From assembly GCF_006345805.1 (NCBI RefSeq), contig NC_042999.1:163990001-164054000 (forward strand): a stretch of 64,000 nucleotides of DNA, given 5' to 3'. The notes below the pieces were generated by a model, which was given only the letters and a program-made list of their open reading frames with translations, did not search any database and was not told the DNA's origin. This DNA is from Octopus sinensis. Lineage: Eukaryota. The position numbers and the translations under genes are program-made. Positions 1 to 12,092 of the stretch are shown here, piece by piece (positions within the stretch are counted from its first letter, which is position 1; the number at the start of each line of letters is the position of its first letter).

Positions 1-215
1 AAGAAAAAATATTAGGTGTGAATTAACAAAAGGTTAGGCTTTAAGCGATTTAGAGTGGAAAAAGTGGCATTAATTAAAATAATTCTGGTATATAAAGAAT
101 TAATTTGCACACGGGCACAAAAGTGGGAAATGAAAAATATTAAAAAACATTTTATAATAGAAGAAAAATAATAACTTACATATCTTAGTTGAGAACTAGT
201 ACGGCGAAGATATCA

Positions 216-307
<92 letters not shown>

Positions 308-723
308 CTCTCTCTATCTCTGTCTCTGTCTTTCTGTCTGTCTCCCTCTCTTTCTTTCTCTTAATCCCCCACTTTTTTGTCGAACTGGAGGGCACCATTA
401 GTTACAGATTGAGTAGCCCACAGTCGTTGGCCTCCTTTCTGTTATTCAATTGGGGTTTCTACAGTCAAAAAGGAAGCACTTGGTTTTCTTACTTTTCTTT
501 CTTCTCGTTGCAATTTTTGCATCAACCTCTTACGCATATTTTCTTCTCGTTTTTGATTTTCGTGTTTTCTTATAGACCAACGGCTTGGTTTTTAAATACA
601 GTACATCTAATGTTATGAACTGAGCCTGAAAGATTGCTTGGAGATACATGGCAATCTGGCAATTTAATGTATTTTAAAAATGGAAACTATTAGTAGCTGT
701 TTTATAATTGCAATTATCAAATG

Positions 724-820
<97 letters not shown>

Positions 821-842
821 ATACACGAGAGTTGACTGAAAA

Positions 843-1190
843 TTTCATAGGCTGATAGCATTGGCTATTTGATTTATAGTGAATATTCTGTCATTTATCA
901 TCATGTGATGGATACAATCAATGTTTACTTTGGTGGTGACAGCTGCAAAACGTCCAAACCTTGGATCCTGTTCAAACATATCCTTTCCTCTCCTAGATCC
1001 AGCTGCCCACTTTTGCATTGTTGATAAAGCTGAAGCGTCAACCCTAATTGTAGCAAACATGTCAGAATGAATGTCCTTGGGGGCTAAACCCTCTTTTTCC
1101 CCAACGCCCAAATTTTGCCCATTTTCAAGAGCAGTCTCTACTAGTCATTTTTCAAGTTCTCTTTGAATAGTCAGATCCCAGATTACCTGG
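843..1190 (-). mobile_element. Mariner (Tc1/mariner) transposase N-terminal relic
   Basis: ORF 845-1111 reads GLAPKDIHSDM...STMQKWAA..RRG...DPRFGR..VTTKVNID...NDRIFTINQIANAIS, matching the mariner HTH region (W..F..G, D.PRSGRP). Truncated at a (TG)/(TA) array. Confidence 0.85.
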
Positions 1191-1479
1191 AAAGAAACAA
1201 TGCAATTATTAATAAGTAGAGGTGAAATTAATGTGTGTCACAGCTTTAGTATTACTTCTTCATAAACCTTCGTATGTGTATAAGTGTGCGTGTGTTAGAT
1301 ACAGCTACTCAGGGTTTCTTGGTCGTAATAATAATTTATTTCGCTTTTATAAAGCTGAGAACAAGGCCGTTTAAACAAGACTGTTTGGTAAAGGAAAAAA
1401 CAAGAAGAAAAACACATGGGAGATAACCAACGTTATAATGATTCTATGTCAAGTAAATATAAGATGTTAATGGTTTGCT

Positions 1480-1800
1480 AAGCGTCCGGTGGTCTACTTT
1501 TAAATTCCAACAAGATGTGTTTCATAAAATGTGGACACACAGCAAAAATCTCGTTCCTGGAATTAATGTATTCGTTGGAGGTTCTCAAGTATTTTTTTAA
1601 GAGATAGTTTTTCAAGAGAATATACTGAGTATTTTTGGATTCGTTAAAATAGGGTTTGGTTTTGGAGAGGATTTTTCCATTTGATGTTGAAACAGGTCCC
1701 TTCATCTTTAAGTTTCCAGATTAAAGCCGAAAGGTTGTTGAATGACCTCTAGGACAGAAGTGTGATATATCTTCCGCTGTTTATGAACCAAACCTTATAT
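1480..1800 (-). mobile_element. Penelope-like element, GIY-YIG endonuclease C-terminal relic (Naiad-like; clade is inference)
   Basis: Frameshifted IWKLKDEGTCFNIKW-KILSKTKPYFN...LRTSNEYINSRNEIFAVCPHFMKHIL resembles the PLE tail IW.LK....IKW.IL....CLEEK..LN.RSE..S.C.H..KF. Confidence 0.65.
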
Positions 1801-1854
1801 CGGAGCCGTGGAAGGAAAATTTAAATCCATATATAACAACCAACTTTCGAATTA

Positions 1855-1890
<36 letters not shown>

Positions 1891-2647
1891 TGTATGTATG
1901 TATGTATGTATGTATGTATGTATGTATGTATGTATGTATGTATGTATGTATGTATATATATGTGTGTGTGTATGTGTGTGTGTATTCAATATATTCAAAC
2001 ACACATATACACACACATACACACACACCACCACACGCTATGGTTTCGTGCTGCAGCCATAGACCGGCCTATCGCTAAGCCTCTTCCTGTCTAGTCCTTG
2101 ATGCAATCTTTCTAATTTCATACATGATGAGAATCAACTCGTTACCGAGTAAGACCATTTCTTAAACTCAGTAGGTCCGTGTAAACGTTTCCAGAGTTCA
2201 AGAAGTTCCAGTACATGAATTAATTTGTTATGAGATGCTCAACACATAACCCACATTTCAGCGCAGCCAGCTGTGAAACTAGAGGCAAGGCAGAAGTTGA
2301 TACGACCAGAAACTAACTTCATATCAGGTTTTTACCTACTACTTTACTTTCTTCTAGAATGAAGTTCTAATAAGAACTAGGGAACCTTCACTCTTAGTGG
2401 TTCACCTGCTGGTAAACTCATAGAATAAATATATACACATTCAATTTAAGGCATGTATAAATACATAAAAAAATAGTATGAGCATATAACCATCCTTCTA
2501 TCCATCCATCCGCTCATACATACATACATACATACATACATACATACATACATACATACATACATACATACATACATACATACATACATACATACATACA
2601 TACATACATACATACATACATACATACATCTATCTATCTATCTATCT

Positions 2648-2895
2648 ATGCGCCCTTTCAAAGCCTAGCCAGGCTCATGAGCCCAGTTTCCCGGTTTCAA
2701 TGGCGTATGTGTTCCCCATCTGGACGGGACGCCAGTCCATCGCAGCGTTACTCATTTTTGCCAGCTGAGTGGACTGGAGCAACGTGAATTGAAGTGTTTT
2801 GCTCAAGAACACAACGCGTCGCCTGGCCCAGGAATCGAAACCACAATCTTACGATCATGATGCTGACACCCTAACCACTTAGCCACGCGCTTCCA
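2648..2895 (-). mobile_element. tRNA-derived SINE, full length (V-domain-like core)
   Basis: Minus-strand head TGGCTAAGTGG (A box) and GTTTCGATTCC (B box); core gctgcgatggactggcgtcccgtccag. A second copy lies at 46518-46770. Confidence 0.85.
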
Positions 2896-3156
2896 CACAT
2901 ATATGCATACATAAGTAAATATACACATGCTGCAGGCAACCTTATCACTCTTGATTAAACTGAGTTACCTTACGGTGGTTCAGGCTAAGGATATACACAA
3001 AATATCCAGACCTGTATTTAAATTCGCCTTTAATAACAAAGCAGTTGTGTGTGTGCATGTATGTATGTATGTATGTATGTATGTATGTATGTATGTATGT
3101 ATGTATGTATGTTTTATAGGTGTACGCGTGTGCGTGTGCATGCGCGTGAGAGTCTA

Positions 3157-3210
<54 letters not shown>

Positions 3211-3213
<3 letters not shown>

Positions 3214-3650
3214 GGAATTTACAAAAAGCAAAAGACGAAGTCGGGTGTGTAAACAACAAACAGATGTATTAGTTTAAAGCTCGGGAAGTGAGAAAGTCTT
3301 TTACGTTTCGAGCCTACGCTCTTCGACAGAAAGGAACACAGAAATAAACAGGGGAGAAAATAGAAAAAGGTTTAGTGGCTAGCGATCTATCATGGCGAAT
3401 GCCGGACAGGGGTCACACAGGTGAGCAGGAAGAAGGGGAGATAATAAAGCAGTGGTGATCCCAAAATGAAGGTGTGCATGCGTGTGTATGTGAGAGCGTG
3501 TATATGCGTGTGGAAGGGGCAGGTGATATTGACATGTGCCTGTGTGCATGTGTAGGTGTGTGGATGATGGTATAGGTGTTGGGAAGTGGTCAGTGCTAGT
3601 GTATGCAAGGTGGTGTGGTATGGTGGTGTGGTGTGTGGTGTGGTGGTACA
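3211..3650 (-). mobile_element. Penelope-like 3' terminus (pLTR) with hammerhead motif, ending in (TA)n
   Basis: Contains the hammerhead at 3298-3333 followed by a pyrimidine-rich tail and (TA)n. The same tail recurs at ~38540-38700 on the plus strand. Confidence 0.65.
3298..3333 (-). ncRNA. Minimal type I hammerhead ribozyme, A6U variant
   Basis: cttt CTGTCGA a gagc-gtag-gctc GAAA cgt A aaag: stem I cttt/aaag, stem II gagc/gctc, palindromic stem III ACGT, GUA site. Core position 6 is U instead of A. Confidence 0.6.
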
Positions 3651-3659
3651 TACATTATC

Positions 3660-4320
3660 CTGGTACGTTATGTGTAGGACCTACCTGCACAACACTAACC
3701 ACAGTGTTTGTAAGTTGTGTTGCAGGGAATTGCTCACTATATTTCGCCATCATAATTCCTCGTTACTCAATAGATTCCCTGACGTAATCTTCTCCTGTAA
3801 ACACAAATTATATTCCATCACGTAAAGTCTTTATAATTTCTCCCAATTGTGGTTTTCTTTCCCTATTTTCCATTCTCCCAATCTCAGCATATCTTCCTCC
3901 TCCGCTACCTCACCCCTCTTCCTTTCGTTCATTGCTTACCTATTCCTGTCACTGGATAGTCAACTGCCACTTCTAATTGATTTATTGTTTACTTAGTGAG
4001 ATTCTCGAACCACCAGTGGTGCTCTCACTGACCTTAACTTTACCTTCTCCCCTCCTCTCCCTTTGATCACTCCCTATGTGTCATACAGATCCTTCTCTTT
4101 CTCCCTGCATTTCATTTTTTCTCCATCTTTGTTCCTCATTCCTCTGCCGCTGAAATTCTCCTCCAGCTTCCTGCCTTTTGTTCTTATTCTTCTTATGAAC
4201 TGCTTTTGCCATTTTTCTCTTGTTGATTCCCTGACGTAATCTTCTCTTGTAAACACAAATTATATTCCATCACGTAAAGTCTATATAATTTCTCCCAATT
4301 GTGGTTTTCTTTCCCTATTT
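3660..4320 (+). mobile_element. Penelope-like GIY-YIG C-terminal relic plus 3' UTR with a 96-bp direct repeat
   Basis: ORF 3586-3825 ends CKLCCRELLTIFRHHNSSLLNRFPDVIFSCKHK (PLE pattern C..C..E....LLN.....SC.H). 3773-3868 is repeated at 4225-4320 with 2 mismatches. Confidence 0.5.
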
Positions 4321-4558
4321 GTGGTTATATCTCTGCATGACAATTTACTGGTTGCACACCCAAGACTTTTTGCACATTCCACCTTCAAATTATGAGCATT
4401 ACAATTATTACGTAACTCTAAGCTTCCTGAAAAAGCTGACAAGATGATGCGTCCTTTTCTTAGTATTCTGTATTTTATTGTGCTCTATGTAAATATATTT
4501 GTATGTGTATATATATGTGTTTATCTTTCTGAATATATGTAGATATATGTGTCTATCT

Positions 4559-4662
<104 letters not shown>

Positions 4663-4886
4663 GAAAGATAGATAGCTATCTGTCTGTCTGTTGTCTGTGC
4701 GCGCGTGTTTGAGGCCTAATTGAGTTTATCTGGATCACTACTTCCATACCAGCTCGATTTGGATTTCTCTCATAACCATTCTTGACGCCATGGATCTAGT
4801 TCCGGTTGAAGGATTCGGAGTGTAAGTTTAAATTCATTTAAGCACTACTACGTGTTTTCTATAGCTCTCTATCTAGCCCTCACCTA

Positions 4887-4924
<38 letters not shown>

Positions 4925-5599
4925 GTGTGTAATTGTGAAACGAATTTAGAACATGGATAAGATTAACAGATAGCATATAAAACCTGGCAAGGAAGATAAA
5001 CACTTCTAATAGAAGATAAGTTATGGAAAGCAAAGTTTAAACATAATTAAATGATACTATCGTGGACTCAAAACAAAAACTAAGATCCATTTAGGAGTTT
5101 AATTGAAATAGAATGCATATTAAGGAAAAGAAAACTAATAAAAAGTAAGTAATGTCCTGAATTTCACTCAACTTCACTGACTGCAAGAGATCAGTCAACA
5201 TTAAAACAGTATGTAATATACCAAATGATTAATAAAACAAAACTGAAGGCATCTGCTGTGCTCAAAATACATATGATATACGTCAGCTAACAAAATATTA
5301 CTAATGATTATAAATAATGAAGCTGCTGAAAAAGATGTAATAAGTAGTGATTCCAGATCGAGTTATTTAAACCAACATAGTATACTAAAAAAATTAAAAT
5401 ATAAATAAGAACTGCTTAGGTAAGAGAAAAATTTGTTGCACATGAAAATTATATATAAAAAAAAGTAAACAAATAACTAACATGAATCAAATAATATCAA
5501 TATATATAATGCAGTTTATGGATTGATAATACAACATTTAGATGCTCAAAGTCAATAGCGAGGCAGAAATAGGAGAAGAAGCATTGATTGAAAATAGTG

Positions 5600-6400
5600 A
5601 GGGAGTTCAGCTTTGAGAAAAAAAAACAAGAGCTATACAATATACAGTCTATTAGTAGATGATGCCCCAGGTAAGTATTCAAAGCGTTCAAAGTGCTGAA
5701 ATCGAGATTTTAACTATTAAGAGCAAGTATAGACTAAAATCATAGCGGAGAAGAAAACATGAATAAAACAGGAAGGATATAGATTATCGATCAGGATAAT
5801 TAATTGACTGGAAAAAAAATTTAAGAATCTTATGATTGCATAAAGTGATTCTATGGATGTTTTTTCGTAAAAGGACCTTGGAAAAAGGTATTTCAAGTGT
5901 TCCAGCAGCACAAGAGTTACAAGATTTCTATTTCCGAATTATGGTTGGCCTTATCTTTAATGTTCCATTTTGTTTGAATTGTGTGCTACTTATTTTTCAG
6001 TTTCTAATTAAAAACATATCCCGAAGTAGCATTTCTTCTGTTATGTTTTCTAAAGGAGTAAGTATGAAAATAAATGTTTCTTTTTTAAATATTATCACTG
6101 AGACCAATATTAGGTGTTTTACCAGTGTTTTTATGTGATTTTTGCTAGGCAGTTGAATAAAGACAGAACAAACTAGCGTTAATGAAATTACAGTTTTGTT
6201 TTTTTTTATATCCTAGATATAATTCCTCCATAGTAAAAGTTATATTTTGGGCTAGGTTAGATGTGGTAGAATAAGATAACGTCGATGTGCTTTGTTAAAG
6301 ATACGGATGCTGAAGTAGGTTTTTCCATAAGAATAAAGGCGAATATTTTAGCATCGTTCTATTATCGCAATAAACTCACGCAACGAAATATGAGACAACT
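5600..6400 (-). mobile_element. Highly degenerate Penelope-like RT-thumb/linker relic (tentative)
   Basis: Only scattered motifs across frameshifts (P-NLAQ.I like PYNLA.RI; CNSC...SLYAII like C..C...LIY.I). Confidence 0.3.
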
Positions 6401-6549
6401 TGGTTTGGTTTATCCACGGACATATAAGAACTATGTTTAAATAACGTTGGTTTTATTAGAAATCTGTTTTACAATGATGGCTTGTTAAATCCTATGAATT
6501 ATAATCAGCAACCCACACAATAAACAACACCTCGTGTTTACTTACATCT

Positions 6550-6890
6550 CTTTACGTTTCCAAATTTAAATCCACCGACGTCAACTTTACCGTTTATCAT
6601 TCTGGTGATCGACTGAAAAAAGTATCCATCAAGTACTGGGTTGAATGAATTGCCCTATTCCTTCCGATCCAGACTGTGGATATATGGCAAGATCGTATCG
6701 GAAAATGCCTTACGGTATTTCATCCGGTTAAGTTCTAGATTCAGTTCCTGTCAAGGTCGACTTTGTCTTCCATCCTTTCGGAGTCGATAAATCAAGTACC
6801 AGTTAAGCACTGAGATCGATGTAATCGACTAGTCCCCCTCCCCCAAATTTCAGACCTTGTGCCCATAGTAGAAAGGATTATTATTATTAC

Positions 6891-6972
<82 letters not shown>

Positions 6973-7355
6973 TAAGGCGGCGAACTGGCAGAATCGTTAG
7001 CACGCCGGGCGAAATGCTTAGTGGTATTTCGTCTGCCGTTACTTTCTGAGTTCAAATTGCGCCGAGGTCGACTTTGCCTTTCATCCTTTCGGGGTTGATA
7101 AATTAAGTACCAGTTACACACTGGGGTCGATATATTCGGCTTAATCCGTTTGTCTGTCCTTGTTTGTCCTCTCTGTATTTAGCCCCTTGTGGGTAGTAAA
7201 GAAATACGTTTTGAGTACAAATTCCGACGAGGTTGACTTTGCCTTTCATCCTTTCAGGGTCGATAAATTAAGTTCTAGGTGAGTACTGGGCTCGATGTGA
7301 TCGATTAATAACTTCCCCTAAAATTTCGGGCCTTGTGCCTATAATAAAAAGGATA
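6550..7355 (+). mobile_element. Cluster of about four tRNA-derived SINEs with Meta-domain-like core; best copy 6976-7206; (TTA)n at 6878-6972
   Basis: Repeated core gtcgactttgcctttcatcctttcggggtcgataaattaagtaccag; head ggcggcgaactggcagaatcgttagc...gagttcaaatt; tails ending aaaggattatt or aaagaaata. Confidence 0.85.
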
Positions 7356-7371
7356 GTTATTGTTTATTTCT

Positions 7372-7660
7372 TCTCGAGCCATGCCTGGCTCATAAAGGCC
7401 GGTTTCCCGGTTTCATTGGCGTATGGGTTCCCCACCTAATCGGGACACCGGTCCGTCGCAGGTGAGCTGCTAGATGCAGGAGGAAAGAGTGAGAGAAAGT
7501 TGTGGTGAAAGAGTCAACAGAAGTTCGCCTTTACCTTCTGCTAGAGCTGCATAGAACTTAGGTGTTTCTCATAAACGCATACATCGCCCGGTCTGAGATT
7601 CGAACCCGCGATCCCTTGACCGCGAGTTAGCTGCTCTAACCACTAGGCTATGTGCCTCCA
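7372..7660 (-). mobile_element. tRNA-derived SINE, same head family as 24909
   Basis: Minus-strand head ggaggcacatagcctagtggttagagcagc...gggttcgaatctc shows A and B boxes; body aaacacctaag. Confidence 0.8.
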
Positions 7661-7682
7661 CAACAGATAGAATTATTTATTT

Positions 7683-7749
<67 letters not shown>

Positions 7750-7989
7750 TTTGTTCGTCTTTCGACACATATTACACATCACCTGCGTAAGTCTGTTATT
7801 ATTTCTTTTGTTACAAAAAGTGATATATTGAACATTCGAGGATCTTAGGGAGCTGGTTAGTTTTTGCTTCATCTATAGCCCTTAGGGACTAAATTGGGGT
7901 TTGTTTAGCAAGCATGCCCATCAATTTTTGTTAAAATAAAGAAAGATGACAACGAGGATTGTTCGTCGGCTTAAAAGAACAACCAGCTG

Positions 7990-9210
7990 GTTTCTTTATT
8001 GCACACACTGGACCAACATAGAGGGGACGATCCAGCCTGATTTGGGGTCAGACATACAAAATGGGTTTAAAAATTTATAATGAATACGAATGATAACACA
8101 ATTTACAAAACATGGTAACAAACATAAAATGGGGCAGGGGAACAGATTTTGGCTCCGACCCCACGAGCCCTGTTCCACTATCGACACCTTTTGGTAAGTC
8201 CTATGGCATGTTCACGAAGTGTCTTTCACACACAACATCCATGCCACACACGTGCCCATCTGTCTTTGTACATTCTCTCTGACAGGCATCTCTTCTCCAG
8301 CCTCACTTTCCTTTTCAGGTGAAAGGTGAAACATCTCACCAAACTGAGGCCAGAGATGAAGCTGCCTGTCACCAATCCTTTCACTTTCGACTTCCATATC
8401 ACCTCTTTCGAGATTGCTACTACCACAAGAAATTCTTACCTTCTTTCGTAAGGAAATCCGGTGAGTCAATTTTTAGAATTGACTCAGACGACAGCTGTAT
8501 TTTTCTTGTATCTGACGACAGGTGTTCTGCATAATCCCACACTTCTGACACTTCCGGACACTGAACCTGGGAAACATCCGTTTCGCAAGCAGAGACCACA
8601 TCCGCTTACCATCCAGGTGAAGCTAGAGGTGCCTTAACCTCAAGGCATGTTTGCGCATCAACAGCCAGGGCATCCCTAGTCCACCCTTTAACGGCTTTTG
8701 ACAGCAGATAGAACGCCCCACAAGTGGAGTTGAGCCCTTTCACAAGAAGCGGAAGATCTGTCTCTCCGACTCACCCACGAATCTGGACAAGGAACGACGG
8801 TTAGGCGGTAAATGATGGTCGATGCGATGAACACATTGGTCACCTACGCCCTCCCTTTCATCTCGGTCACGATGATGGTGATGTTGTCCGCATATGCTGA
8901 AACCGATCTTCCACAACCTGGCTTCGTCGGGATGCCATTCAACTTCCGCATTAACGACTCAAGAGCCATCACATACAAAAGTGGTGAGAGCGGACATCCT
9001 TGCCGAACCGAACGTTTGATGCAGAAAGGTTTTGAGAGAAAACCATTCACCCGAACTATCGAGTCGATGTTGTCGTACAATTGTATGATCCACCTAAGGG
9101 AGCCAAGACCTAGTCCGAACCGTGCGAGAACGGACACCAGGTAATGATGGTCTACCCTATCGAACGATTTAGCTTGGTCTAAATGGACCATTGCCCCACC
9201 CTTGCCAGTG
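7990..9210 (-). mobile_element. 5'-truncated Tx1/L1-clade LINE (ORF2 RT to 3' end) with 17-bp TSD and internal deletions
   Basis: LDQAKSFDRVDH...VRQGCPLSPLLY...YADN, then IYRLTVVPCP, KGGLGMP, VQCP...VWDY, HLKRKVRLE. The 3' end reads aataaagaaac. Flanked by aaaagaacaaccagctg at 7973-7989 and 9211-9227. Confidence 0.92.
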
Positions 9211-9227
9211 AAAAGAACAACCAGCTG

Positions 9228-10170
9228 TCCGCGGAACAGAACGGGGAAATTGTAGAAGTGAGTGACAGCAGCAGTAACAACAGGAACAACAGCTACAGCA
9301 TCACGGGAAAAGTATGAAGTTGATTTCCCGCTGCCAAAAATTTCAACACCGTCACAAGAACAATAAAAAGTAATACTAACTCTAGGAAGAACACTGTTAC
9401 CACGACCACAACCACCACAACCACCACCACAACAACAACAACAACAGCAACAAATATTAATACAACGGAAACAGAAGCCATTCTTATTTCTAAAAAAAAT
9501 GGGATCGGTTTCGCATAAGCGTGTCATCGACTGGAGAAAGTTGCCGTGTCAGAAAAACGTCGATGTCGCCAAATCGCACTTATCAAAGAATGACAGAACA
9601 ATATTTCTAAATGCACTAAAGGAAATACAAGAAGATACTGGAAAAAAGTTTATTTCGTCAAAAAGCGATAGACTGGAGCGATCGACGCAGACACAGATTG
9701 AAAAATGCTTAAGGATAACAACTGGAGAATAACAACTTATGTCGCCTGTGGGAGATGCCTTGGCACAGCTGAGGTGAGGTCCCCATCTGAAGAAAAAGCC
9801 AAAAAGAGTGCAACAATAACCCTCAAAAGGTAGGAATTGTGGCTAATTCCGACATATCCCGATCGGAGAGTGGTTTAGATAAGTAGCGGATGTACCACCA
9901 GAAGTGAGCATCTCTTCGCGGGTGAAAACCATAATAAAACAGCAATTCTCTAAGTGCACAAAATGGGAAAGGGAAGTCGGTCAGACGCAGGAACGGAATT
10001 ATTAATACAGACCGATTAGGTGTATCAGAGTCATTCCTGACCAGATCAACTTCTTTAATGGTACACAGCTATTCGTAGCAGTCGAGGGAAGAAAACCGAG
10101 ATGTCTCATTTGTGGCGAGGCAACCACTTACTGAAAGGTTTTCTGCCCCATACAAAGAACAATAAAAAAA
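9228..10170 (+). mobile_element. Degenerate gag-like ORF1 of an older non-LTR element, interrupted by the Tx1 copy
   Basis: Frameshifted RRVV.I.VADVPPEVS and IPDQINFFNGTQLFVAVEGRKPRCLICGE.NHLLK..CP (CX2CX4HX4C-like knuckle), typical of L1/Tx1-type ORF1. Confidence 0.65.
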
Positions 10171-10254
10171 ACCCCCGCTGCTGCTGAAACCTCTAACAAC
10201 AACATTGGCATTAAAAGCAGCAGCACCAACAACGTCTTAGCCAAGAGCAGCAGC

Positions 10255-10380
10255 ATTCTGAGTTCAAATTCCTTTCATCCTTTCGAGATCGATAAGAGTA
10301 ATTACCAGTTTCAATGTACTCGACTAGTCCCCAACTCCTCAGAATCTCAGGCCTTGTAATAACAATAGAAAGGATTGTTG
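10255..10380 (+). mobile_element. Meta-like SINE fragment
   Basis: ttctgagttcaaattcctttcatcctttcgagatcgataa...agaaaggatt tail. Confidence 0.7.
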
Positions 10381-10799
10381 TTATTATTATCCTTGTTGTT
10401 GCTGTAGGTTGTGGTGGTAGTGGAGGTGATATTGTTACTGTTGTAATTTTGGTTATTTTTGTTGTTATAAATGGTAGGTGGTAGAGTGGCAGAAACAATT
10501 ATTTAGATATTTACTGTGGACAAATATAATGTTGATGTAACTCTAGTTTGTACAAAAGGATATTCAATTGCTTGTCCACTGCTTCTGCAATATGTATGAT
10601 CTATGTACCAAAGATAGAAAACATTATCGCGTATCAACATCTGAGCTCCCGGCTACTCAAGCCTGAAATTTATTTTTGATTATTAAGAGAAGCACTTTAC
10701 ATTACATGCACATACACCTATACATACACCGATACGCATATGTACACATAGTCACGCAGGAGCGCGCGCGCAGACACGCGCAGACACGCGCAGACACGG

Positions 10800-10842
<43 letters not shown>

Positions 10843-10860
10843 GGCACACACACAGACACA

Positions 10861-10905
<45 letters not shown>

Positions 10906-11540
10906 ACTACGGTACGTGGTCTAGCGGCTAGAATGTTAAATTTAACATCATGAAGACAAGTACATGTGGAAAAATTAAACAATATCAAGATAGACCAGAT
11001 CATGTTTATATATCAGTGCAATGTTAGCAACGTACATCAATAAGATTAGATATCGATTCAGCGAAGATGAGATTAGAATAAATTTGTAAACAGAATCATA
11101 ATTTAATACGCATATATAAAGTTTTGATTTGATTTTCCAATCGTAACATCACACCATACATTCTGTATCTCGGAGAATGTTGACGAGGTTTCAGTGGAAG
11201 CTGAAACTAATCAGCCAAACGTTCCTTTTTGGCCACTAAAACACCTTAGGGTCTCCTTTTCCCAATAGAATTAAACATAATTAAGCTAAACATATATTTA
11301 TATCTTCTTTTATAAATTCAATACAAAATGCCGGTGTCCATAACGAGGATTACTGTACGACCATGAAACTCTTCAAAAGTCAAGCTCTGACTCAAATATC
11401 AAGATAAGTGAATTATATTTTCATACAGAACATCTGGTATTGCATTATATATTTGAAAATATCGTAGGGCATGTATTAGTAAAAAACAAACAAACATAAC
11501 TCCATCTCCGACAGTACATACATACATACATATATATATA

Positions 11541-11608
11541 TATATGTTTAGCGGTAGGGCATTCGATAGCAGATCGGGAGGTCCCCGGTTCAATCCCAGG
11601 TATCTTCT
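11541..11608 (+). pseudogene. tRNA-Cys(GCA) pseudogene
   Basis: gtttagcggtagggcattcgataGCAgatcgggaggtccccggttcaatcccaggt closely resembles metazoan tRNA-Cys; anticodon at 11569-11571. The 5' acceptor strand is lost in (TA)n, U33 is mutated and the T-stem has a mismatch. Confidence 0.7.
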
Positions 11609-11626
11609 TTAAAATTTTCATTATAT

Positions 11627-11816
11627 AGGCGCGGGCGTGGCTGTGTGGCAACATGTTTAATTCCCAACCACATGGTTCCGAGTTCAGCCTCATTGCATAG
11701 CACATTGGGCAAGTGTACTGCTATAGCCTCGGTTCGACCAAAGCCTTGTGAGTGGATTTGGTAGACGGAAACTGAAAGAAGTTCGTCATGTATATATATA
11801 TATATATATTATATAT

Positions 11817-11858
<42 letters not shown>

Positions 11859-12092
11859 CATTGATGTGTGTACGTCTTTATGTCTGTGTGTGTCCCCCAC
11901 CACTGCTTCACATCCAGCGTTGGTGTGTTTACTTACTCATAACTAGCGGTTCGGCAAAAGAGACCAATAGAATAAGTACCAGGATTCAAAAAATAAGTTC
12001 TGGGGTCGATTCATTGAGCTAAAATTCTTCAAAGGCTGTGCCCCAGCAAGCATGGCCACAGTATAATCAATGAAAAGATAAAGGAAAAGACA
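11627..12092 (+). mobile_element. Composite tRNA-derived SINE with an internal microsatellite, complete copy
   Basis: Head ggcgtggctgtgtgg...ggttccgagttcag; gaccaaagccttgtgagtggatttggtagacggaaactgaaagaag; (TA)n; 3' half gcggttcggcaaaagagaccaatagaataagtacc...catggccacag. Confidence 0.85.

Noticed and set aside
1300-1360. gaaaccctgagta downstream of the Penelope tail (minus)
   Set aside because: Position fits a pLTR hammerhead, but core and stem II are unrecognisable.
7990-10170. Twin-priming 5' inversion of a single LINE (ORF1 plus, RT minus)
   Set aside because: The 17-bp TSD encloses only the RT part, and the plus frame continues on the left of the insertion, so there are two elements.
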